A program made the translations under genes and the position numbers. 64,000 nt of DNA, taken from positions 106,826,001-106,890,000 of the forward strand of contig NC_073377.1 in assembly GCF_028641065.1 (NCBI RefSeq), written 5' to 3'. Below, in pieces: positions 12,990-26,524 of this stretch. The notes below the pieces were generated by a model. The model ran no database searches and was not told the DNA's origin. It saw nothing but the letters and a program-made list of their open reading frames with translations. This DNA is from Leucoraja erinacea (Eukaryota). Within the stretch, counting starts at the first letter, position 1. Each line of letters begins with the position of its first letter.

Positions 12990-14300
12990 ATACATTTCCG
13001 CAGGATTTAAGCAGACTAATGGAATGGGCAAACACATGGCAGATGAGGTTTAATTTAGAGAATATGTGAGGGGATGCATTTTGGTAGGAAAATGAGCAGA
13101 GACAATATAGAATAAAGGATGTGTAGGGAGGAACTGCAGATGCTGCTTTAAACCCAATATAGACACAAAATGCTAGAGTAACTCAGTGGGACAGCAGTAT
13201 CTCTGGAAAGAAGGCAAAGATGACATTTCGGGACTAGAGTCTTCTTCAGAGTCTGGAGAAGGGCCTCGCCCAAAACGTCACCCATTCCTTCTCCCCAGAG
13301 ATGCTGCCTGTCCCACTGAGTTATTCTATCATTTTGTGTCAATCTATAGAATAAAGGATACTGTTCTAAAGGGGGTGCGGGAACAAAGGGAGCTGCGGTG
13401 TGGATACACGAGGCATTGAAAATGGCAGAGCTGGTTGCAAAGAATAAATAATAACAATATACTGTAGTCTTTGCCTTCAGAGAGGCATTGAGTATAAAAG
13501 CAGGGAGATTATGCTGAACCTTTATAAAACACTGGTCCAGCCTCAACTGAAGTATTGTGTTCAACTACGGTCACCATATTGTGGAAGATGTGATAGAAAT
13601 TGAGAGAGCCCAGAATTACAACATTGATTCCTGCAATGAGTATCTATACAAGGACAAATTATTGAGCGTGTGGCTATTTTCTTTAAAGAGAAAGTTGAAG
13701 GGAGATTTAGTAGCATATAAAATGATGAGTATTCTGGAAACAGTGGATAATGGGAGACTGTACTCTCAGTGGAAGGGGAGAGAGAGAGATCACAGATATA
13801 AATTGTGGAATTCTTTGCCACAGAAGGCTATGGAGGCCAAGTCAGTGGAAAATTTTAAGACAGTGATAGATCTAGTTTTGATCAGAATGGGTGCCAAAAG
13901 TTATGGGGAGAAAGCAGGAGAATGGAATAAAGAGGGAGAGATAGATCAGCCATCATTGAATGGCGGAGTAGACTTGGTGGGCTGAATTGCCTAATTCTAC
14001 TCCTATCACTCATGGCCTTATGACCTTATAAAGTGAAGATGAAGATAATTAAGAGTGAGTCTATTTTTATTTAACTCAGTGAGCATTTGGAATCTGAAAT
14101 GCATTGGCTTGCAAATGCCATAGAGGCTGGTTCCATCGTGGCCTTTGTAAGGAAATTGATAAATATGTGGTGAAAATAGGTTGCAAGATTATTGAAAAGT
14201 GGCCAAGCAGTGGAATGAATGAGTTGCTCTGGCAGAGAGCTGCTGTGGACCTGCATGGCTGAATGCCCCCCTGCTGCACTGTAACCAATGGTGAATGAAG
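12990..14300 (+). mobile_element. Decayed and composite CR1 3' fragments
   Basis: ORF 13557 with LWNSLPQKAMEAKS..SYGEKAGEW; CR1 3' UTR. Confidence 0.7.
13121..13344. mobile_element. Fold-back (inverted pair) Penelope terminal fragment inserted in an old CR1
   Basis: Minus copy followed by plus copy of the pLTR end; 15-bp TSD TATAGAATAAAGGAT at 13106-13120 and 13345-13359. Confidence 0.8.
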
Positions 14301-14371
14301 CTTTAGCCTTCAATCCGCAAAACAAAATCTAAGCCCGAGCCATTGACTTCATTTTTAGCCACTGCGACACT

Positions 14372-15152
14372 TAGAAACATAGAAACATAGAAACATAGAA
14401 ATGAGGTGCAGGAGTAGGCCATTCGGCCCTTCGAGCCTGCACCATTCCATTCAATATGATCATGGCTGATCATCCAACTCAGTATCCCGTACCTGCCTTC
14501 TCTCCATATCCCCTGATCCCCTTAGCCACAAGCGCCACATCTAACTCCCTCTTAAATATAGCCAATGAACTGGCCTCAACTACCCTCTGTGGCAGAGAGT
14601 TCCAGAGATTCACCACTCTCTGTGTGAAAAGAGTTCTTCTCATCTCGGTTTTAAAGGATTTCCCCTTTATCCTTAAGCTGTGACCCCTTGTCCTGGACTT
14701 CCCTAACATCGGGAGCAATCTTCCTGCATCTAGCCTGTCCAACCCCTTAAGAATTTTGTAAGTTTCTATAAGATCCCCTCTCAATCTTCTAAATTCTAGA
14801 GAGTATAAACCAAGTCTATCCAGTCTTTCTTCATAAGACAGTCCTGACACCCCAGGAATCAGTCTGGTGAACCGTCTCTGCACTCCCTCTATGGCAATAA
14901 TGTCCTTCCTCAGATTAGGAGACCAAAACTGTACGCAATACTCCAGGTGTGGTCTCACCAAGACCCTGTACAACTGCAGTAGAACCTCTCTGCTCCTATA
15001 CTCAAATCCTTTTGCAATGAAAGCTAACATACCATTCGCTTTCTTTACTGCCTGCTGCACCTGCATGCCTACCTTCAATGACTGGTGTACCATAACACCC
15101 AGGTCTCGCTGCATCTCCCCCTTTCCCAATCGGCCACCATTTAGATAATATT
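14372..15152 (-). mobile_element. Young 5'-truncated CR1 LINE
   Basis: Uninterrupted ORF2 C-terminus (VRPHLEYCVQFWSP..LWNSLPQ..GYGEKAGTGY), 3' UTR and (TTTCTATG)n tail. Confidence 0.92.
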
Positions 15153-15184
15153 GAATCACACTAATTTGGTGACACACGTCAGAG

Positions 15185-15530
15185 AAGATTCTCTTGAATT
15201 TCTACAGGTGTACAGTATAGAACATATTGACTGGTTGCATCACGGCCTGGTTCGGCAACTTGAATGCCCAGGAGCGAAGAAGTCTGGAAAAAGTTGTGAA
15301 CACTGCCCAGTCCATCACCGGCTCTGACCTCCCACCATCAAAGGGATTTACTGGAATCGCTGCCTCAAAAAGGCAGCCACCGAAATCAGAGACCCACACC
15401 ATGCTGGCCACACACTCATTTCACCCCTTCCATTGGGAAGAAGGTACAGAAGCCTGAGAATTGTAATGTCCAGGTTCAGGAAAAATTTGTTCCCTCCAAC
15501 CATTCGGTTATTAAACATTACAACCTCAAA
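15185..15530 (+). mobile_element. Rex1/Babar fragment
   Basis: TGCITAWFGNLNAQERRSLEKVVNTAQSITGSDLP. Confidence 0.8.
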
Positions 15531-16669
15531 TAAGCTCTGAATCACATAGACTATTATTGGTTTATTGTCATATGGGACACATGACAATAATACACCTTGA
15601 CTCCCTCTCTCTAATTTAAAGCTGGTTTTCAAGATGAATGTTTGATCCCATTGTGCTCCATCACCAATACCATCTTTTTCTGTCACATTTCCTTTCTTTT
15701 GATCCTGCCGTAACTTCCCTCCTCTTGTATAACTCTTCCAATCCTTTCTTGCCACTATAGTTCTAATATTATAAAATGCAAGGGAATGGTGAATTTCCAT
15801 CAAATCAAGATCCAGAGAAAGGAAGACAAATTGGATTGTTTTCTTTGGAATACAGAAGTTTGAAGGGAGACCTGAGAGAAGTATATAAAATAGGGTAGAC
15901 TGTCAGAACCTTTTTCCTACAGTGGAAATGCCAAGGATTAGAGAGGTTTAAGGAGTAAGGAGCAAGGAAATGCACAGGCAAGTTTTTTAACACTTGAAAT
16001 GCACTGCTGGTGGTGGTGCTGGAGACAGACATAATAGTGTCATTCAAGAGGCTTTGGCACGTGGATATGGATGGTATGGAGGCAAATAAAATAAGTTTAT
16101 TTTGGCATCATATTCAGCACAGACATTGTGGACTAAAGGCCCTGTTCCTGTGCTGTATCTTTCTGCATTCAATGTTCTATATAATAAGAATAGACATTAA
16201 TCTGGGACGAGTAAGAATAGTGGGGCCCCTTGGGTTAAGTAATATAAATTGACAGGACCCGGCCACAGCTGATATTTGTGATCTTGGAAAGTAGTGGGTG
16301 AACGCTCAACTCTCACTAGGCTGGTTATCTCAAGTTTTTAAAGTAGGTTGAGACTTCCAAACATTTTGTTTTTAACTCATGTCAGCTGGGTTTCCTGATG
16401 TTTAATCAGGAAAGTTGTATTTCTGGGTTCTCAATCATTTATCCTTCCTCATACTTCAAACTACATAAACGTCAAGTCTAATAAATCCTCAGCATGAAGT
16501 AACACAAACAAGAAGCTCTGAGGGAAGTTATTTTCTATTTGATTTAAACTATTTTTATAACACTGTACAGATTTTTACCCTTTTTATTTGCATCCATAGT
16601 AATTTTGGAAATGCTTTTTATTTAACAACATTTTATATCTTAGAATTAACTGACGGTGGCCCAATGATG

Positions 16670-16972
16670 CAGGGGCTGTCACATAGCGGCAGAGACCTGG
16701 GTTCAATCTTGACCTTGGGTGCTGGCTGTGTGGAGTTTGCATGTTCTCCCTGTGACCACGTGGGTTTCCTCCAGGTGCTCCTGTTTCCTCCCACATACCA
16801 AAGGCATGTGTGTTTATATGTTAATTGGCTTCTGTAAATTGCCTCAGGTGTAAAGGGAGTGGATGTGAAAGTGGGATAACATAGAACTAGTGTAAACGGA
16901 TGATCAATAGTCAGAGCGGACTTGGTGGCCACAGGACCTGTTTCCATGCTGTTTCTCTAAACTAACCTAAAT
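16670..16972 (+). mobile_element. HE1/V-SINE-type tRNA-derived SINE
   Basis: B-box-like GGTTCAATC, central TGTGGAGTTTGCATGTTCTCCC domain, CR1-like tail CCTGTTTCCATGCTG and CTAAACTAA. Confidence 0.75.
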
Positions 16973-17849
16973 GACCAGATTGTGGAAGATAATAGAACAG
17001 TGACATTAAAAATGAATATTTGTTATAAGTTTTATCTTGGAACAAGATAATGTTGAATTTTATAGATGCATCAAAATAATATATTGGTGACGGAGGGAGC
17101 TCAGCAAAGATTCTCCGTGCTGATTTCTGGGAAGGAAGGTTTGCCTTGTCAGGGGAGATTGAGACTTGTTGAGAGCTGTTGTCATGGAAACCTTTGAAAT
17201 ATTTATAGGACCTGAAAGGGTAGATACAGTTTAAGTTGTCCCTTTTCTAAACTTGGGGTTACAATATCAAAATGGGTTAACTATTTAGGACTGAGATGGG
17301 AAGAAATTTCTTTACGCAGAAGCCAGTAAAACTTTGCAATTCTCCGCCCAAAAATGCTGTGGAGGCTCAGTAGCTGAATGTATTTAAAGCAGAGATCAAT
17401 AGATTTTTAGATATTAGGGGACTCAAGGGATGTGGGGTTAGTGCAAGAATGTGATGCTGTGGTAAATGTTCAGCCATATTTTTATTAAATGACGGAGCAG
17501 ACACAAAAGGAGTCCAATGCCTGGCTCCTGCTTCTATTTCTTTTTTACTTAAGTGGTCTATTTAGCTGGGGTTGTGGTTACCCTGTGCTCACCACTGGCC
17601 TTTAAACAAATTGCAAGCTTATTTTTTCATATCACACAGCTGACTAGAACCACCAATGTCCCAACAGGTTCTAAACTGAAATACAGCCTTCACCGTGTAA
17701 CCCCCATCACACCAGGGAAGGAATAACAATGGTGAATTAGTCCTACCAACAGAACAGGCTGTTGACACCATCTGAAACATTAGAGAGTATTACAATACTA
17801 TTGTGTGTCTGACAAATTATTGACAATTTTAAGAAAAAAAACAAGAAAC

Positions 17850-18180
17850 AGCAGGCCACATAAGTCGAGCCACTGCCTTACAGCTGCAGTGACGGGTTCA
17901 ACCCTGACCTCTGGTGCTGCCAGCATGAAATTTGCACATTCTCCCTGTGGCCACACATGGATCTCCTGAGTCCTCTGGTTTCCTCCTTCGTCCTAAAAAT
18001 TTCCGAGTGGGTTGGCTAATTGGCTACTGAAAACTGTCCCTGGTGTGTGGGTGAATGGTAAAATCTGGTGGTAAATGAGGGGAATGTGGGGAGAATAACT
18101 GGGCTTAATGGATAACTGGGATTAATGGATACCTGCGAGGCTGGTTGAGGGGGTTTGTTTTTCTGCTGTAGGATTTAAAG
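17850..18180 (+). mobile_element. Older HE1/V-SINE-type SINE
   Basis: CTGCCTTACAG..GGGTTCAACCCTGACC..TTTGCACATTCTCCCTGTG. Confidence 0.6.
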
Positions 18181-18332
18181 ACTCAAATATCATTTTTAAC
18201 CATTTAAAAAATATATACATAGACAAACAATTTAAAAGTACATAATTACTTACACTGGCATTAAATCCAAGCAGCTTGCACCCCCCATTAAAATCAATGG
18301 AGATGTACTTCCCTGCCTGTTTCAGTGTGGTG

Positions 18333-18612
18333 CTTTACTTTAGAGATACAGTGCAGAAACAGGCCCTTTAGCCCACCGAGTCCACACTGACCAGCGATCA
18401 CCCCGTACACAGGGACAATTTACAATTTTTTTACCAAAGCCAATTAACCTACAAACCTGTACATCTTTGGAGTGTGGGAGGAAACAAAAGCACCTGGAAA
18501 AAACATGGTCACAGGGAGAATGCACATACTCCATACAGACAGTACCCATAGTCAGGATCGAACCCGGGTCTCTGGCGCTGGCCGCAACTCTACCGCTGCA
18601 CCACTGTGCCAT
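18333..18612 (-). mobile_element. HE1/V-SINE-type SINE
   Basis: Minus strand: GGCACAGTGGTGCAGCGGTAGAG (A box) and CCCGGGTTCGATCC (B box), V-type core and CR1-like tail. Confidence 0.85.
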
Positions 18613-19449
18613 GCATATTGTCTCCAGCCACAAGCCTGGCTTGGCTCCACGCTCATTTCCCTCGACAACTCCTACCCACTTCAGAGCTATGTTGGCTGTG
18701 CCTCTCCCTGACCCACTCTCTTTTCTGGAGTTTGAAGGCAAAACTCTTTTCCAATCCCAGATCTCAATCCAATCTCAACAGTCTCTTGCTCTGAATAATC
18801 TCCTGTAGCACGTCTTGGCATTTCCAATCTTTGCCTCCTCTTAAATTAGTCAGATCCTGGTAAAATGTTGATCACCCAATGAACTGACGATGTCATGGGC
18901 TGTGGTGTAGAACAGGACTCAGAGCAAAAACAAAGTCTAATTGCTCACTGATTAAAGCTACTTATAAAACAAAACAAATAACTTGCAACTACTTTCCCAG
19001 TAAAAGCAGCGCAATTACTCCAGGAAAGACGGTGAGAAGCTTGGTCAATCTTGGTCGCTTGCATGCATGTTAATGTTGGAAGTGCCTAAACTTCTCGAAT
19101 GTAGCTGGTGACAGCAATGTCACCACATGCAGGCTTTTTTCATTCTTGTTTCTGGCATAATTCTTGACAAAAGACTGGTCCACAGCTGTTTCAACATTCA
19201 AAACAAGCATCTGAAATCTTTATAAAGTATACATTTGGAAACCTGACATTCCAAGCGTAGCTTACTTGTCAGATAAAAGGATCCTTTGATGTTTGAACCA
19301 GTGTTTGCCAAGGCTTTTCACCATTGAAGATTCCATGACCTCTTTCCAAGTTTGGTGTTGACTAATTAATAACAGACCATTAACAATCATTAACCAAATT
19401 CCAAATATCTTTGCCTCCTGTAGTCACTACTTTTACATTAGACAAATGA

Positions 19450-19781
19450 GAGGGTTTTTAGACAACTGCCGGCGACCGTCATAGTCGGAGCAGGTCGCTG
19501 AAAAAACCGGCAACAACCTTCGTCATCCTGGCGACAACCTACGTCATCCTGGCGACAACCTACGACAGCACCTACGTCAGGAGAAGTCAAGCTACGCTCA
19601 TTGGCATCAACCCACTGTCGCCAAAACTGTTTCAACATGTTGAAAATTTAGCGGCGACCAGAAAGATGCTACGATTTTTTGCACGACTGAGGAGACTACT
19701 CTCGGCGACCACCAGTGAAAATGTGGCGACAAACTAGTTGCCTGTAGTTACCTAAAAAATCGCGTAAGTGGGACAGGCCCA
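19450..19781. mobile_element. PIF/Harbinger-like MITE, partial (one TIR retained)
   Basis: Ends AAGTGGGACAGGCCCA|TAA, the same terminus as 22266-23055. Internal 22-bp tandem GGCGACAACCTACGTCATCCTG-type repeats and palindrome TTTCAACATGTTGAAA. Confidence 0.7.
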
Positions 19782-19957
19782 TAATTCACCAAGCAATCCC
19801 TCCAGCCCCAATAAAGTTAATCCATTGCTCTTGAGGTTTGGTGTCCAGCTTCAACATTTTTTGAATATTTGTACATTTTCCACAACTACTCCGACATTAA
19901 TATAACTTCCGATAGACCAGTCAACTAGTTTACAACTAGGTTGCAACTAGATTAATA

Positions 19958-22045
19958 CTGAAGATAGACACAAAATGCTGAAGTAATTCAGAGGGACAGG
20001 AAGCTTTGGAGAGAAGAAATGGGTGGCGTTTTGAGTCAAGACCCTTCTTCAGGGAAGAGGGAGACATAAGGATATGGAAGGGTCAGGTGTGAAAATGACA
20101 GATCAAAGGGGACGATGCTCAAGAAAAATGTAGAATAGTTCGTTGTTAGCTGAGGGGAAGGAGACAACAAGGCATACAATCAATAAAATGTAATCAGGAG
20201 GATAGTGAAACTAGTCGCAGAACTAGGATTGGGAAGGGTCGGAGAGAGAAGGAAAGCAAGGGTTACTTGAAATTAGATAAATCAATATACATGCCACTCG
20301 GATGTAAGCTGCCCGTGCGAAATATGATTACTGTTCCTCCAATATGCACCGGGTTACTTTGTCCTCTTTCTTTCATAATAAACAAACATAATAAACTACT
20401 CCCGCCGACAAGGGAGGTGCCATGGTAGTTTGGCGCGTTGATCTCTACAAGGCTGAGGCCACACGCCAACTCTCAGACTCCTCCTCCTACTTATCCCTGG
20501 ACCATGACCTCACAGACGAGCACCGGGCCACTATCTCGTGCACCATCACCATCAACTCCGGCTCCCTGCCCCCCCCCCCCCCCCCCCCCCCTCCAACCTC
20601 ATAGTTTCCCAGCCCCGTATGGCCCTTTTTTACCTTCTCCCCGAAATCCACAAACCTGGCTGTCCTGGCAGACCTATTGTCCCTGCCTGTTCGTGCCCTA
20701 CCGAACTTATTTCCACATACCTCGACTCCATCCTATCCCCCTCGGTTAAATCCCTCCCGACCTATGTTCAAGACACCTCAGACACTCTCCGTCGTCTCCG
20801 AGAATTCCGTTCTCTAGGCCCCCATCCCCTCATCTTCACCATGGACGTCCAGTCACTCTACACCTCCATCCCCCACCAGGAGGGTCTCAAAGCCCTCTGT
20901 TTCTTCCTCGACCGGAGAACCAACCAATCCCTGTCTACAGATATTCTCTTCCGCCTAGCGGAGCTGATCCTTACCATTAATAACTCTTTGTTTGACTCCA
21001 CGCATTTCCTGCAAATACAAGGCATAGCTATGGGCACGCGCATGGACCCTAGCTATACCTGCCAATTTGTAGGGTACGTCGAACAATCCTTGCTCGAGAC
21101 GTACCAGGGCCCCATCCCCGTCCTCTACCTCCGCTACATCGATGACTGCATTGGTGCCACCTCCTGCACCCGCACACAACTGACTGACTTCATCCATTTC
21201 ACCACCAACTTCCATCCAGCACTCAAATACACCTGGACCATTTCCGACATTTCCCTACCATTTCTTGACCTCACTATCTCCATCTCAGGTGATAGACTTC
21301 TGACCGACATCCACTGACTCCCATGGCTATCTAGACTACACTTCTTCCCACCCTGCTTCATGTAAGGACTCCATCCCCTACTCCCACTTCCTCCGTCTAC
21401 GCCGCATCTGCTCCCAGGATGAGGTGTTCCACACTAGGGCATCGGAGATGCCCTCATTCTTCAGGAAACGGGGGTTCCCCTACTATAGATGAGGCTCTCA
21501 CCAGGGTTTCTTCAATACCCCGTAACACTGCTCTCTCTCCCCATCCCCCCACTCGTAAGAAGGGCAGAGTCCCCCTAGTCCTCACCTTCCACCCTACTAG
21601 CCGTCACATACAACAAATAGCCCTCCATCATTTTCGCCACCTCCAACGTGACCCCCCCCCACTCGCTACATCTTCCCATCTCCCCCTGTCTGCTTTCCAC
21701 AAAGACCGCTCCCTCCGTAACTCCCTGGTCAATTCTTCCCTTCCCACCCGTACCACCCCCTCCCCGGGCACTTTCCCCTGCAGCCGCAAGAAATGCTACA
21801 CTTGTCGTTTTACCTCCACCTCGACTCCATTCAAGGACCCAAGCAGTCGTTCCAGATGCGACAGAGGTTCACCTGCACCTCCTCCAACCTCATCTATTGC
21901 ATCCGCTGCTCTTGATGTCAGCTGAACTACATCGGTGAGACCAAGCGTAGGCTTGGCGATCGTTTTGCCGAACAACTCCGCTCGATCCACAATAACCTAC
22001 CTGATCTCCCGGTGGCTCAGCACTTCAACTCCCCCTCCCATTCTG
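19958..22045 (+). mobile_element. Penelope-like element: inverted terminal fragment (19958-~20352, -) followed by RT and GIY-YIG coding remnant (~20395-22045, +)
   Basis: HKPGCPGRPIV, FTMDVQSLYTSIPH, QGIAMGTRM, YLRYIDDC (RT); CSRKKCYTC and downstream YIGETKRRLGDRFAEQLRSI (GIY-YIG). Stops and frameshifts are present. Confidence 0.9.
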
Positions 22046-22265
22046 ATAAAATTTTATGATCATTAAAATAAATTTGTTCTTAAGATGCGAGTTATGCAGG
22101 AAATATGGCATTTCCCTGATAGTGAACCTCTTGTCTGAATTGTCACCCTTACATTTGTACATGTCCAGAGCAGAGGGAAGATCACAACATTCACTCACCA
22201 CCTACTAAGGGAAGCACTGGGTCAATATCTTGCAATTCCCTAATAGACGCAAAAAGCTGGACTTA

Positions 22266-23055
22266 TGGGCCTGTCCCACTTAGGCGACTTTTTAGGGGAC
22301 AGCAGGAGACTATGCAGTCACCACTTGGTTGCCACATATTCGTGGGTGATTGCCGGGGAGTCACCTTAATGGTCGTGAGAAGTTCCCGCATTCTGGGAAC
22401 TAGTCGCGGCCTCATTATGGTCGCCGCGAATTTTTCAACATGCTGAAAAATTAGTGGCGACTAGAATGAAGCCGCCATTGAGAGTAGCGAGAATTCTCGT
22501 GCCGTAAGTGGGTCGCCAGGAGGTCCTAGTGGGTTGCCAGGAGGTTGAAGGTTCTCATAGGTTCTCGTATGTTGCAGCCGGTGATGACTGGTGAATTTCA
22601 TTGGCTCGTTGGGAAACAAAAACGTAATCTGTAGATTTCAGAAGCAAGAATAACTGATCGGTAATGTTAAATGGCCGCCGAGCTTCGCAGCCGTGTATCT
22701 CTGACTTCTTAAACATTGTCTCCACTCCTTCTCCCCCCTTCTCCCCCCGCTCTCACCCTCTCTTTTAAAGGACTTACCGTACACTGTGCTTTAGCCGTCT
22801 TAATTAGAGCCCCAACCTTCCTGTTCATCGCAGTATCACCTTGACTTTGCACCGTGTGTATTTCACTCAGACAGCGCTCCCTCCGCTTGCCCTGTCCCCT
22901 GCTTGCATAACGGGCTGGTGAAGGAAGCGATGTGTGTGTGTGTATGTGTTCCACTCTGACAGTCGCCGTCCCAGTTGCCGGGTTTCCAGGCGACTGCCGG
23001 CAACTTGAGAGTTGCCGGCAGTCGCCTGAAAAATCACCTAAGTGGGACAGGCCCC
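22266..23055. mobile_element. PIF/Harbinger-like MITE (790 bp) inserted in a Penelope terminal fragment
   Basis: TIRs TGGGCCTGTCCCACTTAGGCGACTTTT and AAAAATCACCTAAGTGGGACAGGCCCC, flanked by TTA and TAA; the host GCTGGA..TAACTCAG is split. Confidence 0.85.
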
Positions 23056-23467
23056 TAACTCAGTTGGTCAGAAAGCATCTGTGGAGAAAAGGAATAGGTG
23101 ATGTTTTGGTTTCAGCTTTTTTTGTCTATCTTTCTGTTAAACCAGCATCTGCAGTTCCTTCCTACATTCATTTTGCTATTCCTCAATGCCTCTATAGTGG
23201 TGTTAGATAATGTGATCTATGGTTATTCACCTTAGTAACATAGATACGAGGTATTTTTCTATGTCAATATTATTTCTGAAAAGCATCTACAGATGCAGGG
23301 CAGAGAGTATTGTGACTGGTTTCATCATGGGCTGGTACAATAATTTTAACGCACAGGACTGCAAGAGAGTACAGGGAGTGATAGACTCATGCCGGTCCAT
23401 CATGGACTTGGCCCATCCTGCCATCAAAAGTACCTACTTGTGCCACTGCCTCAAGTTGGCAACATCA

Positions 23468-25560
23468 GCTAGATTTCAGATAGTTTTGGATAAAGATAGG
23501 GTTATAATTCTAAATTGGGACAATGCCAAATTTGAAGGTATTAGACAGGATCTCGCTCAAGAGGATTGGAGCAGGTTGTTTGTAGGAGCAGGAATGTCTG
23601 GAAAATAAAATATTTTTAAAGGTAGAAAGTTTTAAAATCCTGGTAAGAGTTCAGGGCATGCATGTTCCTGTTAGAGTCAAAGGCGAAGCAGGTCAGCATA
23701 AGGAAGTTTAGTTGACAAGAGAAATTGAGGCTCTGGACAAGAATTAGAAGGAGGCATGGGCCATGTATAGGCAGCTGGGATCAAGTGTATCCCTGGAAAG
23801 TTTCAGGAACTAAGGATGCGCTATAGAAGGAAATCAGAAGGGCAAAAATGTGGCAGGAAATAGCTCTAGCAGATAGTACGCAGGATAATCCCAAGAGATT
23901 TTATGTACACCAAAGAAAAAAGGGTAGCCAGAGAGAAAATGGGGCCCTTCGGGTATGAAAGTGGTCAATTCTGTGTGGAACCACTGGAGATGGACAAGGT
24001 CGTCAATTCGTTTTTCTCCTCCATTTTTAACATGGAGAAAGACATGAAGACAGGGGAACTTGGGACAAATGGAATGGAAGTGTCTTGAGGGCCATATATC
24101 GGTCGAGGAGGTGCTGAAGCTGCTAATGTGTATTAAGTTCGACAAATCTTATGGGCCAGATCAGATATATCCGAGGACACTGCGGGAAGCTAGAGAATAA
24201 ATTGCAGGCACTCTCGCTGAGATTTATGAGTCACCGTTGGATACTGGTGAGGTGACGGATGACTGGAGAGAGGCAAATGTTGTGCCTCTATTAAGATGGG
24301 CTGCAAGGAACTGCAGGCCAGTGGATCTAACATCTAACATCGGTGGATCTAACATCTGTGGCTGGAAGAGTATTCTGAGGGATAGGATATACATGCGTTT
24401 AGATCCACCAGGGCAGATTAAGGAAATCAGCACAGTTTTACATATATATGGGAGATCATACATCACGTATCTGAGTTTTTTGAATATGTAACCAAAAAGG
24501 TTGATGAGGGCAGAGCTGTAGACATTGTATAAATGGACTTCAGCAAGGCATGTTGCAAGGGTTCTGCATGATAGGCTGCTCTGGAAGGTTAGATCATGTG
24601 CCTTAGGGTTCGATGCTGGGCCCATTACTGTTTGCCATCTATATCAATATTTTGGATGAGAACGTACAAGGCATGATTAGTAAGGTTGCAAATGACAATA
24701 AAGTAGCTGGCATTGTAGATATCGAAGATGGTTGACAAACATTAGAGCAGGAACTTAATTAGTTGGGTAGGTGGGCTAAGGAATGGTTAATGTGGTTTAA
24801 TACAGATACGTGTGAAGGCGTTGCACTTTGGGAAATCTAACCAGGGCAAGACTTGCACAGTAAATGGCAGGTCTCTGGACAGTGTTGTAGAGCAGTGGGA
24901 TCTAGGAGTGCAGGTATATAGTTCCTTGAAAGTGGCATCACATGTAGATAGGCTGGTCAAAAAAGTGTTTGGCACATTGGTCATTAGTTTGAATATTGAG
25001 TGCAGAAGTTAGGAGATCATGTTGCAGTTATATAAGGCATTGGTGAGGCCACATTTCGAGTATTGTGTTCAGGTTTGGGTGCCGTGAAAGATGCTGTCAA
25101 GCTGAAGAGGGTGCAGTGAAGATTTACAAGGACATTGCCAGGTCTCCAGGGCTTAAGCTCTGGGGAGAGGTTTAGCAAGCCTGGACAATTTTCCTTGGAG
25201 CACAGAAGGGTGGAGAGTAATCTTAAAGAGGTTTATAAGATCATGAGAGGAATAGATAATGTAAATGCACAGTCTTTTACCAAGAATAGAAGAGTAGGGG
25301 AATCAAGAAACAAGCGGACAGGTTTAAGGGAAAGATTTAATTGGGACATGAGGGGCAGATGTTTTACACAAAGGATGATTGGTGTATGGAATGAGCTGCT
25401 AGAGGAGCTAGTGGAGACAGGTACTATCGAGACGTTTAAAAATCATTTGGACAACTACATGGATAGGATATGTTTAGAAGGATATGGTCCAAAAGCAGGC
25501 ATGTGGGACTAGTATAGATGGGGCATGTTGGTCAGCATGGGAAAGTTGGGCTGAAAATTC
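23468..25560 (+). mobile_element. Decayed CR1 LINE ORF2
   Basis: Broken ORFs DDWREANVVPLL..NCRPVDLTS, DLGVQVYSSLKV, FTQRMIGVWNEL; homologous to the 50023 ORF. Confidence 0.85.
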
Positions 25561-26130
25561 ATAACTCCTTGAAAGTAAAGAAGGCATATGATATTCTTGC
25601 CTTCATTGATCGAGGAATTGAATATAAGTCAGGAAGTCATGATGCAGGTTCAGAGGACTATAGTTAAACTGCATTTGGAGTATTGCATGTAGTTCTGGTT
25701 GCCCGAATACAGGAAGGATGTGGGGGTTTTGGAAAGGTTTGCAGATGAGATTTGCGAGAATGATGCCTGAATTAGAGGGTACTAGCTACGAGGACAGGTT
25801 TTTCAACCAGAAAGTTGTGAATCTGTGGAATTCTCTGCCTCAGGCGGCAGTGAAGGCCAATTCTCTGGAGGCTTTCAAGAGAGAGTTAGATAGAGCTCTT
25901 AAAGATAACGGAGTCAAGGGATATGGGGAGAAGGCAGGAAAGTGGATTGCGGATGATCAGCCATGATCACAGCGAATGACGATGCTGGCTCGAAGGGCCG
26001 AATGGCCTACTCCTGACCTATTGTCTATTGGCTATTGTTAGACAAACTTGGATTATTTTCTCTGGAACACCAGAGGTTACGGGAAGATCTGGGGTGGAAA
26101 TATTAAATACGAGATGGCATTGCTTTAAGG
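25560..26130 (+). mobile_element. Nested CR1 3' fragments
   Basis: FNQKVVNLWNSLPQ..GYGEKAGKW; 3' UTR with CTATTGT-like tail. Confidence 0.75.
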
Positions 26131-26373
26131 CAGGGATCTCCAAACTATGGCCCGTGGACCACATCCGGCCCGCCACGAGATTTTATCTTGTTCGCACGTT
26201 CACACGTTCTTAACACGTTCCGTGCGGCGGGCTATTTAGCGGGTTCTGTGGTAGCGCAGCTTTAGAGATCTCTCTCAGAGAGATATAGAGATAAGTGTGA
26301 GAGAGCCTGTATGTGTGAGTCTGTATGTGTGTCTGTGAGTGTGTGTGAGTGTGTGTGAGAGGGAGAGAGATAT
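26131..26373 (+). mobile_element. hAT-Charlie-like MITE terminus running into a GT/GA-rich microsatellite
   Basis: CAGGGATCTCCAAACTATGGCCCGTGGACCACATCCGGCCCGCC resembles Charlie/MER58-type termini; the other end is not visible. Confidence 0.6.
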
Positions 26374-26524
26374 NNNNNNNNNNNNNNNNNNNNNNNNNNN
26401 NNNNNNNNNNNNNNNNNNNNNNNNNNNNNNNNNNNNNNNNNNNNNNNNNNNNNNNNNNNNNNNNNNNNNNNNNNNNNNNNNNNNNNNNNNNNNNNNNNNN
26501 NNNNNNNNNNNNNNNNNNNNNNNN
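26374..26524. other. Assembly gap (151 N) within a (GT/GA)n microsatellite
   Basis: Run of N. Confidence 1.
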
